This document shows positions 1-8,250 of a DNA stretch of 64,000 nucleotides, in pieces. The position numbers and the translations under genes are program-made. The DNA is from an uncultured Thermoplasmatales archaeon. Lineage in GTDB: Archaea; Thermoplasmatota; E2; DHVEG-1. The notes beneath the pieces are model-generated. The model did not search any database. It was not told the origin of the DNA and saw only the letters and a program-made list of their open reading frames with translations. How positions within the stretch are numbered: the first letter of the stretch is position 1; each line of letters opens with the position of its first letter. The stretch spans positions 7,132 through 71,131 of the forward strand of contig CAYPIF010000052.1 in NCBI GenBank assembly GCA_964410735.1, in the 5' to 3' direction.

Positions 1-1453
1 CCTCAGGACGTTTTTTCAATGTTTCATTTATCCATATCGTTTCAAAATCTTGAATTTCAAAATCATCGATATTCTTAGGGAGGTAACCTTCGTTCTCTAC
101 TAATACCTCGATTTCACCTGCTGCAATGTTAATGGTGAAAAATCCATCAAGGCCAGTTGTTGTCTGATTTTCATATCGTTCCCATCTGCTCCCCCACTCT
201 GTTGTTATGACACATTGAGGGATTGGTTGCCCAGTTTCGCTATCTCGAATGTACCCACAAATGCGAGCATCTTCATTAGAATGTCTTTCCAAGGAAAGGT
301 TTAACCAAACATCTTGACTTTCATTGACGATAAAACCATCGGACCGTTGAGTGAGGTATCCTATCTTTTCTACAAAAACAACCTTTTGACCCGGGTCAAC
401 ATTGAATGAGTAAAACCCGACGTTATCTGTATTTGTGGTATTGCGCGGTCCATCCCAATGATCGCCGGAAAGTATCTCAACTGTCGCATCGATGATAGGT
501 CCCCCGTTTGAAGCATCTGTGATGTATCCCATGACCTGCTGGCTTCCAAAGTTGGTTTGTTTTATTGTCGATTCTTCTTGTTCATCTGTTGGAATGTTGA
601 TGAGGGGGAACTCTCCTTCATAATTATCGAAAATTGTTGGATGTTGTCGAATGGCCCGTGGTTGTGCATAATAAAATGCCTCTTCAGCGGAAATAATGCC
701 ATCACCATTTGCATCACCATAGCCTTTCAAAGCATCGATCAAAAGAGGGGCGAATCCACCGGAGTAAGATACTTCATCCTCTCGTGATGCCATAAGAACA
801 ACTCGTCCTTGAGCACTCACTTCTTCTCCAAAACCTTGGATCCATTTGATCTGAGCTGCTGTTGTATCATGCTTTTGTGTTGAAGCTGTTCCTTGGTCCC
901 AATCTGGGGGATCATTAAAACCACCAGCATAGCAGGTATCAACGATCATGCATACACCTTGTGATTCCAGACGATTCAACATGAAGTTTATCTCATCATC
1001 CCAGATGATATTTGTGGGATATGCAAAACCCCAGAAGCTCATTATCGCTTCATCGGTGCCGTCTGCTTCGTCAAATGGTGGGATGTCATATCCTAATGGG
1101 AACCCATGGGTTGTAATATAGAACAAGGACATGTCATTACTATCTTCTTGGTCATCAAGCCATTTTAATCCTTCGAGTATATTCGTGACGGTCGCGTCCT
1201 CACCTTTGATGATTTTGATATTTTCCTCTTTCCATTGTGGGGATGTAAGCAATAGGTCGTGGAATCCGTCCAATTCATCGAACATCATCGGTCTGTTTTG
1301 ATTTGGATTATCGGCGTACACGGCAACTGCTACGAGAAGAGCATAAAATTCAGAATCATTAACACTTAAATCTGTTTCATTTGTTATGGAACCAACATTG
1401 AGTGGGTTTGTTAAAAAAAATAATAATATGGTACAAATAAGCATTGTTCTCAT
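1..1453 (-). CDS. Secreted clan-CD cysteine peptidase (clostripain/legumain-like His-Gly...Cys dyad) with carboxypeptidase-regulatory-like domains; N-terminal portion only, C-terminus runs off the window start
   Basis: Reverse-strand ORF starts at ATG 1451-1453 (MRTMLICTILLFF signal peptide) and has no stop before position 1. The translation contains 'FYITTHGFPLGYD' (His-Gly) and, about 58 residues later, 'MIVDTCYAGGFND' (catalytic Cys context). A GDANGDGIIS Ca-binding-like loop and repeated 'GYI.D...G.PI..A.V' CarboxypepD_reg-like segments follow. The ORF track missed it because it is edge-truncated. Confidence 0.6.
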   Translation of the reverse strand, partial: MRTMLICTILLFFLTNPLNVGSITNETDLSVNDSEFYALLVAVAVYADNPNQNRPMMFDELDGFHDLLLTSPQWKEENIKIIKGEDATVTNILEGLKWLDDQEDSNDMSLFYITTHGFPLGYDIPPFDEADGTDEAIMSFWGFAYPTNIIWDDEINFMLNRLESQGVCMIVDTCYAGGFNDPPDWDQGTASTQKHDTTAAQIKWIQGFGEEVSAQGRVVLMASREDEVSYSGGFAPLLIDALKGYGDANGDGIISAEEAFYYAQPRAIRQHPTIFDNYEGEFPLINIPTDEQEESTIKQTNFGSQQVMGYITDASNGGPIIDATVEILSGDHWDGPRNTTNTDNVGFYSFNVDPGQKVVFVEKIGYLTQRSDGFIVNESQDVWLNLSLERHSNEDARICGYIRDSETGQPIPQCVITTEWGSRWERYENQTTTGLDGFFTINIAAGEIEVLVENEGYLPKNIDDFEIQDFETIWINETLKKRPE

Positions 1454-1567
1454 AGTGTATTCCCCTTTGTTAATTATGTAAAGAATGATATAATATTTAA
1501 AACTGGGTGTTGTTTATCCGTCAGTATGGTGATAAAATTCAAAGTGGGCGGGTTGTTTTCGACATTA

Positions 1568-1580
1568 TGACGAATTTTTT
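1568..1580. promoter_or_regulatory. GACGAATTTTT(T) motif copy 1 in the divergent promoter between the clan-CD peptidase and metallopeptidase genes
   Basis: tgacgaatttttt at 1568-1580. It recurs at 1609-1620 and 48567-48579, always upstream of secreted peptidase genes. A GACG core is rare in this AT-rich DNA. Confidence 0.4.
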
Positions 1581-1608
1581 AGGAAAATTCTGTTTGTTAC
1601 TATAATTT

Positions 1609-1620
1609 TGACGAATTTTT
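1609..1620. promoter_or_regulatory. GACGAATTTTT motif copy 2 (direct repeat, 41 bp from copy 1)
   Basis: ttgacgaattttt at 1609-1620. The flanking aTTaTGACGAATTTTTT and AATTTTGACGAATTTTT repeat extends to about 16 nt. Confidence 0.4.
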
Positions 1621-1692
1621 ATACAATGCTATTTTATTATATTGAAAGTCTCTATAGCTATAATGGAGTGAAAATAAGGGGATAAAAACAAG

Positions 1693-3169
1693 ATGAGAAA
1701 CAGTGTGGTAAGTATAGGTATTGTTGCATTGTTACTTTTTTCAACAATAGGATTGAATGCAGTTTCTTCAACAATGAATGTCACTGATGATTTCGACCCA
1801 CTTGTCGACCTTGAGATCACAGTGAATATACTAAAGATCCGGTCATTGGAAAAGAAGGATCTACAAGTGTATACGGAAGAGATAATCGATGAACATAGTG
1901 ACCCGGATTTCTATATGAAAGTAATGATAAATGATCAGGATTCACAGGCCCTTGTGTATGATAATACAAAATATGTTTATGAACCGGATTGGACGGTAAC
2001 GGCCAACGTCCCTGATGATACTGGATTCGTTGATATACGAATTCAACTCTGGGATCAGGCAGACAATGGTGATACTTAGGATAGATTATGTGATATTAGC
2101 CCAGATCTAGACACATATGATGTTGAACTCACTTATTCACTTGCAACAGGTCATTGGACCGGAGATGATACTGTAGGTGATCAAAGTGGTTATGGTCGTT
2201 TGAATGGCTGTGATGATAGAACGATATATGAACCAGACTTGGATTGTGAACTCTGGTTTGAAATCTCCCAGAATGATGGAGATGGAGACGGAATACCGTA
2301 TTGGACCGAGCTCACTGTGTATGACACAGACCCATTAACAAATGATTCACTATTAGACCAAGATGAGGATGGAATTCCGACATCCTGGGAATGGAAATGG
2401 AATTATGATCCAACAACCTGGGAAAATCACAGTGCTATAGACACTGAGATCGATGGAATAGATAATTATGAGGAATATTTAACATCTCAATGGTTTTCTG
2501 ATCCCTATAGAAGAGATCTTTTTGTTGAACTGGACCAAATGCAAGATGGGCCAAACGGTGAACAAGCAAGACGTCCTGAAGGATCAAAAGAGATACTTTA
2601 TACAGCATATGACCGGCAGAATGTCGTGTATCATCTTGATGATGGGCCATGGGGTGAAGGATCAGGTGCTGATATGATACCATTTGATGAGTGCCCTGAA
2701 TGTTCCTGGGGTGGGGACGCAGATGAACTTGATCAGATATATCTGGACTATTTCATTAAGGATGCCGAGAGCGCGTGGAGACGTGGGGTGTTTCATTATG
2801 GTGTAGTTATCTATCAAAGTTCACTGGTCAATGGAAATATGTTTGGATCTAACAGATACCAGGTTTCCGCTAACGGTATGGAATGGAAAAACACAGCAAT
2901 TCCCCTGGCTTGAACGTGATACGGTCTATGCAAGTGAGCATATGCATGAGATGGGTCATACGTTGAACTTTAGACCGATCCCAGGTCATAACACCTTTAG
3001 CTATTATCCATGGCAACTTGGATGGTGGCTCAGTCGACCTTATAAAAGTTGTATGAACTATGGATACATGTATTACACAGTCGATTATTCCGATGGTTCT
3101 CGACCATTTGGCGATTACGATGACTGGGAGCGAATGGATATGACCTACTTCCAAAGAGCCGATTGGTAG
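1693..3169 (+). pseudogene. Secreted zinc metallopeptidase (HExxH: HEMGHTL), disrupted by an in-frame TAG (2077-2079) and a frameshift near the A5 run at 2886-2890
   Basis: ORFs 1693..2079 and 2200..2913 share one frame and are separated only by TAG at 2077-2079; translating 2080-2199 gives DRLCDISPDLDTYDVELTYSLATGHWTGDDTVGDQSGYGRL with no stop. ORF 2831..3169, which carries HEMGH, continues the protein in another frame. The N-terminus is a signal peptide (MRNSVVSIGIVALLLFSTIGLNA). TAG serves as a real stop elsewhere in the window (25742-25744, 26888-26890). Confidence 0.65.
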
Positions 3170-3212
3170 AACTGATACAGAAAAAAATGACCCTGTATTT
3201 CAGATGAATGAC

Positions 3213-4196
3213 CTATTTACCTTCATAGGTTGATTTGAAATCACAGTGGTCACACCATATTTTTCCATTAAAGAATTTTAAAGGATGGCTACAGTTAGGA
3301 CATGTTGCTTTCTCTAGAAAATGCTCTACCCATATATCTCGGACTTGTGGGACTGATTCGTTCTTTATCTTTGCTAGCATTGTTTGTAATTGTGGTGTTG
3401 TTGCCAAGCGTTCAAGATTGATATAGTTGATGAAGCGGGACTTATCCTCATAGTACATGGGTGTTATCGGTCGGCCAGTTGACTGATTGATCCCGGCCAT
3501 TGTTGGTTTGTTTCTCCCTAAAATGATTGCTGCGATTACCACACCACTTATCAGACCACCAATATGAGCAAAGTGAGCGGTGTTATCTTGTGAGCCGATG
3601 AGAACAATGATTGTTTCCATTACAGCGAAGATAAGAACTGCGTAGACGACCTTTATCCTTCGGATGATCATGATGAAACCAAGAGGTATAGGCATGACCA
3701 CCTCATCATTGGGATAGGAATATGCAAAGGCACCCATGATGCCAAAGATCGCGCCTGATGCACCAACCAGTGGTATAGGTGATCCAAGATTGAGTACTGC
3801 ATGGGTAAGACTTCCGCAAATACCTGTTATAAGATAAATTGGTAGGAATTTCCTCCATCCTATTCGCTGTTCAAATGCCATACCTATGAAGAAAAAGACG
3901 AGCATATTGCCAAGAATATGGAGAAAATCACTATGGACAAACATGGACGTAAAGAGTGTATACAGCTGAGGAGTGTATGCAAACTCAAGATAGATCGGAC
4001 GGAAACCAAGCGTTAAAACGACCTGAGGATATATGAAAGATACAACGAACACAATGAAATTCGTAAGAATTAGAGCATAGGTTATCAACCATTTTTTAAG
4101 ATATGATACAACCATTGTTGCGATTATTAGTATGATACAAATGAGTGAGACCATTTCTAAGGGTAGTATCACTAAGTCCATTTTCGTTTTCTCCAA
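3213..4196 (-). CDS. Rhomboid-family intramembrane serine protease with C-terminal zinc ribbon
   Basis: Multi-TM protein with a rhomboid GxSG motif (GASGAIFGIMGAFAY) and a downstream catalytic His context (AHIGGLISG). C-terminal CPNCSHPLKFFNGKIWCDHCDF has a CxxC...CxxC arrangement. Confidence 0.75.
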   Translation of the reverse strand: MEKTKMDLVILPLEMVSLICIILIIATMVVSYLKKWLITYALILTNFIVFVVSFIYPQVVLTLGFRPIYLEFAYTPQLYTLFTSMFVHSDFLHILGNMLVFFFIGMAFEQRIGWRKFLPIYLITGICGSLTHAVLNLGSPIPLVGASGAIFGIMGAFAYSYPNDEVVMPIPLGFIMIIRRIKVVYAVLIFAVMETIIVLIGSQDNTAHFAHIGGLISGVVIAAIILGRNKPTMAGINQSTGRPITPMYYEDKSRFINYINLERLATTPQLQTMLAKIKNESVPQVRDIWVEHFLEKATCPNCSHPLKFFNGKIWCDHCDFKSTYEGK

Positions 4197-7100
4197 TCCC
4201 TTGCGATCACTGCAAAGGTCATGGTGAATACGCTTACGATATAAATAGTGTTTTTAGATTCTTCATTTTCATTCATTCTCGATATGCTCTCGAAGGATGT
4301 TTCATTGAGGTTCCAGTCAAAAAAGAACACGTCCGCATAATAGGATGCAATTTCTTCACAGGTGACTATGATACCTGCTTCCCTGTTGTTCATAAATGAG
4401 TTCTCATTCCAATTTATGCTTGAGATCAATACTGATGAATTATCTATGACCATGCCTTTGTTGTGTAGATTGCTGAAGATCGACCAGTTCGTATAGAGGA
4501 ATTGAATCTGTGCCCCATATTCTTCAAGGTATTGTTTTGTCTGGTTGCATTCCTCGTTGCTCGGTTCGTATAAGGGATTATAGTTCATGAGAATTCGAAT
4601 GTCGAGGCCTTGTCGGGCTTTTTCAGCTAATTTCTGTACAAGGGGACTTGTCTGCTCATCCCAATCCCTGTATATGTAGAGTTGTTCGATGTAAATGCTT
4701 TTTTCAGCGCTCTCGATCATTCGTAGGATGCCTTCAAGACTTGTATCTGGTGAAAAAACAGGTGTGATCGTGCAGATGCCCGTGTATGTCATAGGACTGA
4801 ACTGAGGAATGTATTCTCCATAGTACACATTCTTTTGAATATAAGAGATACTTGGTATCTCTACATCAAGTTCATCAAAACTGATACTGTCCACTCTTTC
4901 AGGGTTCCAGTCATCCTCAAACACTGACGAGATATAGTTTGCCACCTCTTTATTTTCAATGACGATACCCCATTCACGGTTACCATATGTTGGATTGAAT
5001 GGTACGCCGGTGTTTACCCAGTTGCAACTTTCGGCAATGACCGTTTGATCATCAATGATGAGGTATTTAGCATGATCAAAAGGATATCGTGCGTAGGCAT
5101 CATTTGAAGTGTTTTGTGCGATGAACCGTATTGTTGCACCATATGTGTTGAGTCTGTTGAGAAGGACGAGTTCCTCCTCCGGAATACCGCCTATTGGTGA
5201 TCCTTCAAGAAAGATTCGGACGCTGACGTTCTGTTTTAACGCATCAATAAGAAGATCGCAGAGGAAGGGACTTGTGAATTCATAGATGTTAAATGAGATG
5301 GATGTTGTTGCATTTTGAACATATTGCTCTATGACATTGTAACTGCAATCAGGTGAGATGAAGGTGGTGATGGTTGAGTTTCCTGTAAATGACTGAAGGG
5401 GGAACCGTGATTGACCGATACCATACCGGCGGAGGGTTACCCAATCATCCAACCTATTCGTATCTATTGGAAAAGAACCGATCTCGTTTCGTTTTAAGAT
5501 ATCGCCACAGCTTGACGATGGTACTGGGGATCCGTTCCATCCTTCAACTTTCTCATTGGTACCTCCATACAGTACGATGTCAATGGTATGGTTGTAGTAA
5601 TCTTTTAATGCAACGGCCCCACCAGTGTTGCTCAGTGTTACGGTAGAAGTATAGTAGAGTTGCGGTACCGATGGTAGAGAATCATCAAGGTATTCATAGT
5701 CGGGAAGAAAACCTGTTTCTCGTTTGAATGCGGTAGCATTCTGGGTTATCGTCAATGTTTCAAATGCGTTGATGGTCGTGTTATCGGGGAAATAAAGTTT
5801 CTGTTGGTCCTCTCGAGATTTCCATGGTTTTGTTGTAAGATACCATCCAGAGATGTCAATGGAACTGTTCGTGGGATTGGAAATCGTGACATATTCATTT
5901 TGAATACCTGAACGAGCATAGTAATAGACCTCAGAGATGAGGAGTGATGTTTCTGCAGCAAGGGGTTGAGTGTCAAAAAGATAAATCGTTGTTTCAAGCT
6001 GGTTATTGAACTCATCGGTCTCTGTGATCTTGTTGTCATGATCTGCGATGACATAGATGGTGTGTTTCCCTGGTGGGATGTTATGGGTGTCCCAGATGAT
6101 CGATGGGTATTTCTGGTAGGTTGAAACAATATCGTAGTATTTCGTTCCGATCAGATGATCATTGTCAAGCGTATCATAGAAAAAAGAGGCATACACGTTG
6201 GTAGCGTTTTCGGTTCCTTGGTTTTTGAGATATGCTTTTATCCGAACTGATTGCCCTTCGTATGCGGATGTGGTTTCATTATCGGTTTCATCATAGCAGA
6301 GTATCTTTTTTATGGTGAGATCTGGTCCTATCAGTTTGCAATAAAATGTACGTTTTTCTAGGATATTTTTGTCCTTTTGAGATGATGCAGTGACCGTTAT
6401 TTGTTCGTTTAGATATTGTTGTTGGGGGTGGGTGGGTGGTTTTATGGTTAGAAGGATCGTTTGATTTGTTTTTTTATCAAGTTTTATCTCTGTTTTTTCT
6501 AATCGAGTGGACCAGTGGTTACCAAGTGTTTCCATTTGTAAGGTTATTGTATCAATGAAATCTCCTGTATTTGTAAGGCTCAAAGGTATGGTTACTTGTT
6601 CTTTTGGGTGAAGTTGAAATGAGGTTTCAGGTGATGACATGGAGAGAAGATACCGTCCTTGTTCTATTGTGATATTGTTTATTGTTTCAATGGGGGACAT
6701 TGTTTCATCATAGATTATGAGATGATAGTTCGACCCGGTTGGTGCAGTGATACGTATGTATCCATCCTCTGTGCAGATGTCCTCATTTATGTTGTTGTTC
6801 TCTGTTCTGTATATTCCAAGGTTTGAATCGTTTTGGTTTTTTAGGATGATGATATGGTTTGGAAATGATGAGGTCGATGTGATGTATCCTCCTTTTGTCG
6901 CGTTTGTCGTGGAGTTATCCAAGTCTAAAAGTTGAACGGTTTTTGAAAAATGATCAATGTACTCATTTTTTCTTACTTTTATATTAATGAGGCAGGTTGA
7001 GTTGTCCTTGATGGAATCTTCATATGCAAGATACCCTGTGTTGAATCGTAAAGCGATCCATCCCATCCATTGTCCGTTCTCATCTGTTGTTATGTTCAGT

Positions 7101-7951
7101 GAGTACCTATCACTGTAGATCCAGGTTGATCCATTCCATGTCTGACTTGCTGGATAGGTTGTTTGTTCTTCACCAGTGATATATGTTTTCAGTTCATAGG
7201 TTGTGTCTTCCGTATAATTCTGTATCTGTAGTTTTATCAGAAATGGCAGACTGTAGTCTTCATTTTCATATGCTTTTGGGATATAATCTGGACAGGTGAG
7301 GATATGGATCGATCCTTTTTCTACAAAGATATTTTTTTCTCCTGGTGTTGGCTGTAATCCCTCATAGAAATCGATGCTAGTGTTATCCAGGTCTGTTGAG
7401 TTGTACCGGCACAGGCTATGTCCTTCTAAAACAAGAGAAATGGGGTTCCCAGGTATCAATGGGTTATCAACTCCCCATTCCACAGAATCTATGACAAAAG
7501 ATGATTCGTTGATGATCTGGATGAAATCCTCGTTGTTACCTAAACCGTTACCTATACTTTTATCATCAACTGATACTCGGAGAATATGAGAACTATTTGA
7601 AAGGTTTTGGTAGATTTCTGTGTCTTGATCGGTGATAAGGGTATAGGAATATGGTTGAAGTATCATACTATTGTTTTCCAATGGGTCATAGGGTTGGAGT
7701 GTATCTGTTGCCGTGTTATCGGTGATACTCCAGTTTGATAGATTGAACGTTATGTTTGTTGGATTGTATAGTTCGATCCATTCATATGTTGAATCATCGT
7801 TACTTGGGTCGTACATGATCTCATTGATGAGGATATGATCCGTATCTAAAGCCACAGCATTTAAAGATAAAAAATATAAAAGTATTAAGATAAATAAAAA
7901 ATTGTAGATGATACACTTGTGGTTCTGATTTGGCATAGAGAATTCCCCCAT
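4172..7951 (-). CDS. Large cell-surface protein: signal peptide, lamin-tail domain (LTD), CARDB domain, second LTD, PLD-family phosphodiesterase domain with two HKD motifs, C-terminal TM anchor
   Basis: The LTD signature ILINEIMYDPSNDDSTYEWIELYNPTN occurs near the N-terminus and again as LLISEVYYYARSGIQNEYVTISNPTN. CARDB-like segment: DLTIKKILCYDETD...KAYLKNQGTENATNVYASFFYD...NKITETDEFNN. Two HKD motifs: FDHAKYLIIDDQTVIAESCNW and LHNKGMVIDNSSVLISSINWNENS. The C-terminus is IYIVSVFTMTFAVIARDWRKRKWT. The protein is very rich in N-x-S/T sequons, as archaeal surface glycoproteins are. Confidence 0.7.
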   Translation of the reverse strand: MGEFSMPNQNHKCIIYNFLFILILLYFLSLNAVALDTDHILINEIMYDPSNDDSTYEWIELYNPTNITFNLSNWSITDNTATDTLQPYDPLENNSMILQPYSYTLITDQDTEIYQNLSNSSHILRVSVDDKSIGNGLGNNEDFIQIINESSFVIDSVEWGVDNPLIPGNPISLVLEGHSLCRYNSTDLDNTSIDFYEGLQPTPGEKNIFVEKGSIHILTCPDYIPKAYENEDYSLPFLIKLQIQNYTEDTTYELKTYITGEEQTTYPASQTWNGSTWIYSDRYSLNITTDENGQWMGWIALRFNTGYLAYEDSIKDNSTCLINIKVRKNEYIDHFSKTVQLLDLDNSTTNATKGGYITSTSSFPNHIIILKNQNDSNLGIYRTENNNINEDICTEDGYIRITAPTGSNYHLIIYDETMSPIETINNITIEQGRYLLSMSSPETSFQLHPKEQVTIPLSLTNTGDFIDTITLQMETLGNHWSTRLEKTEIKLDKKTNQTILLTIKPPTHPQQQYLNEQITVTASSQKDKNILEKRTFYCKLIGPDLTIKKILCYDETDNETTSAYEGQSVRIKAYLKNQGTENATNVYASFFYDTLDNDHLIGTKYYDIVSTYQKYPSIIWDTHNIPPGKHTIYVIADHDNKITETDEFNNQLETTIYLFDTQPLAAETSLLISEVYYYARSGIQNEYVTISNPTNSSIDISGWYLTTKPWKSREDQQKLYFPDNTTINAFETLTITQNATAFKRETGFLPDYEYLDDSLPSVPQLYYTSTVTLSNTGGAVALKDYYNHTIDIVLYGGTNEKVEGWNGSPVPSSSCGDILKRNEIGSFPIDTNRLDDWVTLRRYGIGQSRFPLQSFTGNSTITTFISPDCSYNVIEQYVQNATTSISFNIYEFTSPFLCDLLIDALKQNVSVRIFLEGSPIGGIPEEELVLLNRLNTYGATIRFIAQNTSNDAYARYPFDHAKYLIIDDQTVIAESCNWVNTGVPFNPTYGNREWGIVIENKEVANYISSVFEDDWNPERVDSISFDELDVEIPSISYIQKNVYYGEYIPQFSPMTYTGICTITPVFSPDTSLEGILRMIESAEKSIYIEQLYIYRDWDEQTSPLVQKLAEKARQGLDIRILMNYNPLYEPSNEECNQTKQYLEEYGAQIQFLYTNWSIFSNLHNKGMVIDNSSVLISSINWNENSFMNNREAGIIVTCEEIASYYADVFFFDWNLNETSFESISRMNENEESKNTIYIVSVFTMTFAVIARDWRKRKWT

Positions 7952-7962
7952 ATTTTAATGAG

Positions 7963-8033
7963 AGGGCGAGGAGGGATTTGAACCCCCGTATGCGGATCTG
8001 CAGTCCGCCACATAGCCACTTTGTTACTCGCCC
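7963..8033 (-). tRNA. tRNA-Cys (GCA)
   Basis: Reverse complement reads GGGCGAG..GGCGGA CTGCAGA TCCGC..GGGGGTTCAAATCCCTC CTCGCCC T. It has an acceptor stem, a T-arm GTTCAAATC and an anticodon loop CTGCAGA (anticodon GCA). The D-arm fold was not fully verified by eye. Confidence 0.7.
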
Positions 8034-8250
8034 ATTTCTGACAAAACAACCTCACGGGATAAGGTATTTTGTAGAAGCTGTGAATTCATTTGTTGGATTT
8101 AATGATTTTGGTGATTCCTGTGTTAAAAGGTGAAAAATATTCATTGATATCCAGCAATGTATCTGGAAAGTATAAGAGGCAAAAGAAGGTTTTTTAAAGA
8201 ATGAATTGAATATTAATTTGTTATTGATTAATACGTAGGGGGTAGTTTAC

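Noticed and set aside
557-787. Plus-strand 76-aa ORF
   Set aside because: Lies entirely inside, and antisense to, the well-supported clan-CD peptidase gene. Low-complexity Cys/Phe-rich translation typical of antisense AT-rich frames.
2077-2079. In-frame TAG as a pyrrolysine codon
   Set aside because: TAG terminates at least two well-supported genes in the window (glgA at 26888-26890, tandem-wHTH at 25742-25744). No pylT-like tRNA is seen. The same gene also carries a frameshift, so a nonsense lesion is the simpler reading.
5389-7589. Antisense or internal ORFs (5389..5646, 5752..6129, 6747..6935, 7374..7589, and similar ones inside other long genes such as 9026..9415, 10381..10821, 22782..23141, 39533..40118, 43096..43554)
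   Set aside because: All are embedded in or antisense to long ORFs with clear domain content. No motifs or start signals.
7951-7965. Overlap between the LTD-PLD gene start and tRNA-Cys
   Set aside because: The ATG at 7949-7951 ends 12 nt before the tRNA 3' end at 7963. The genes are adjacent on the same strand but not overlapping.
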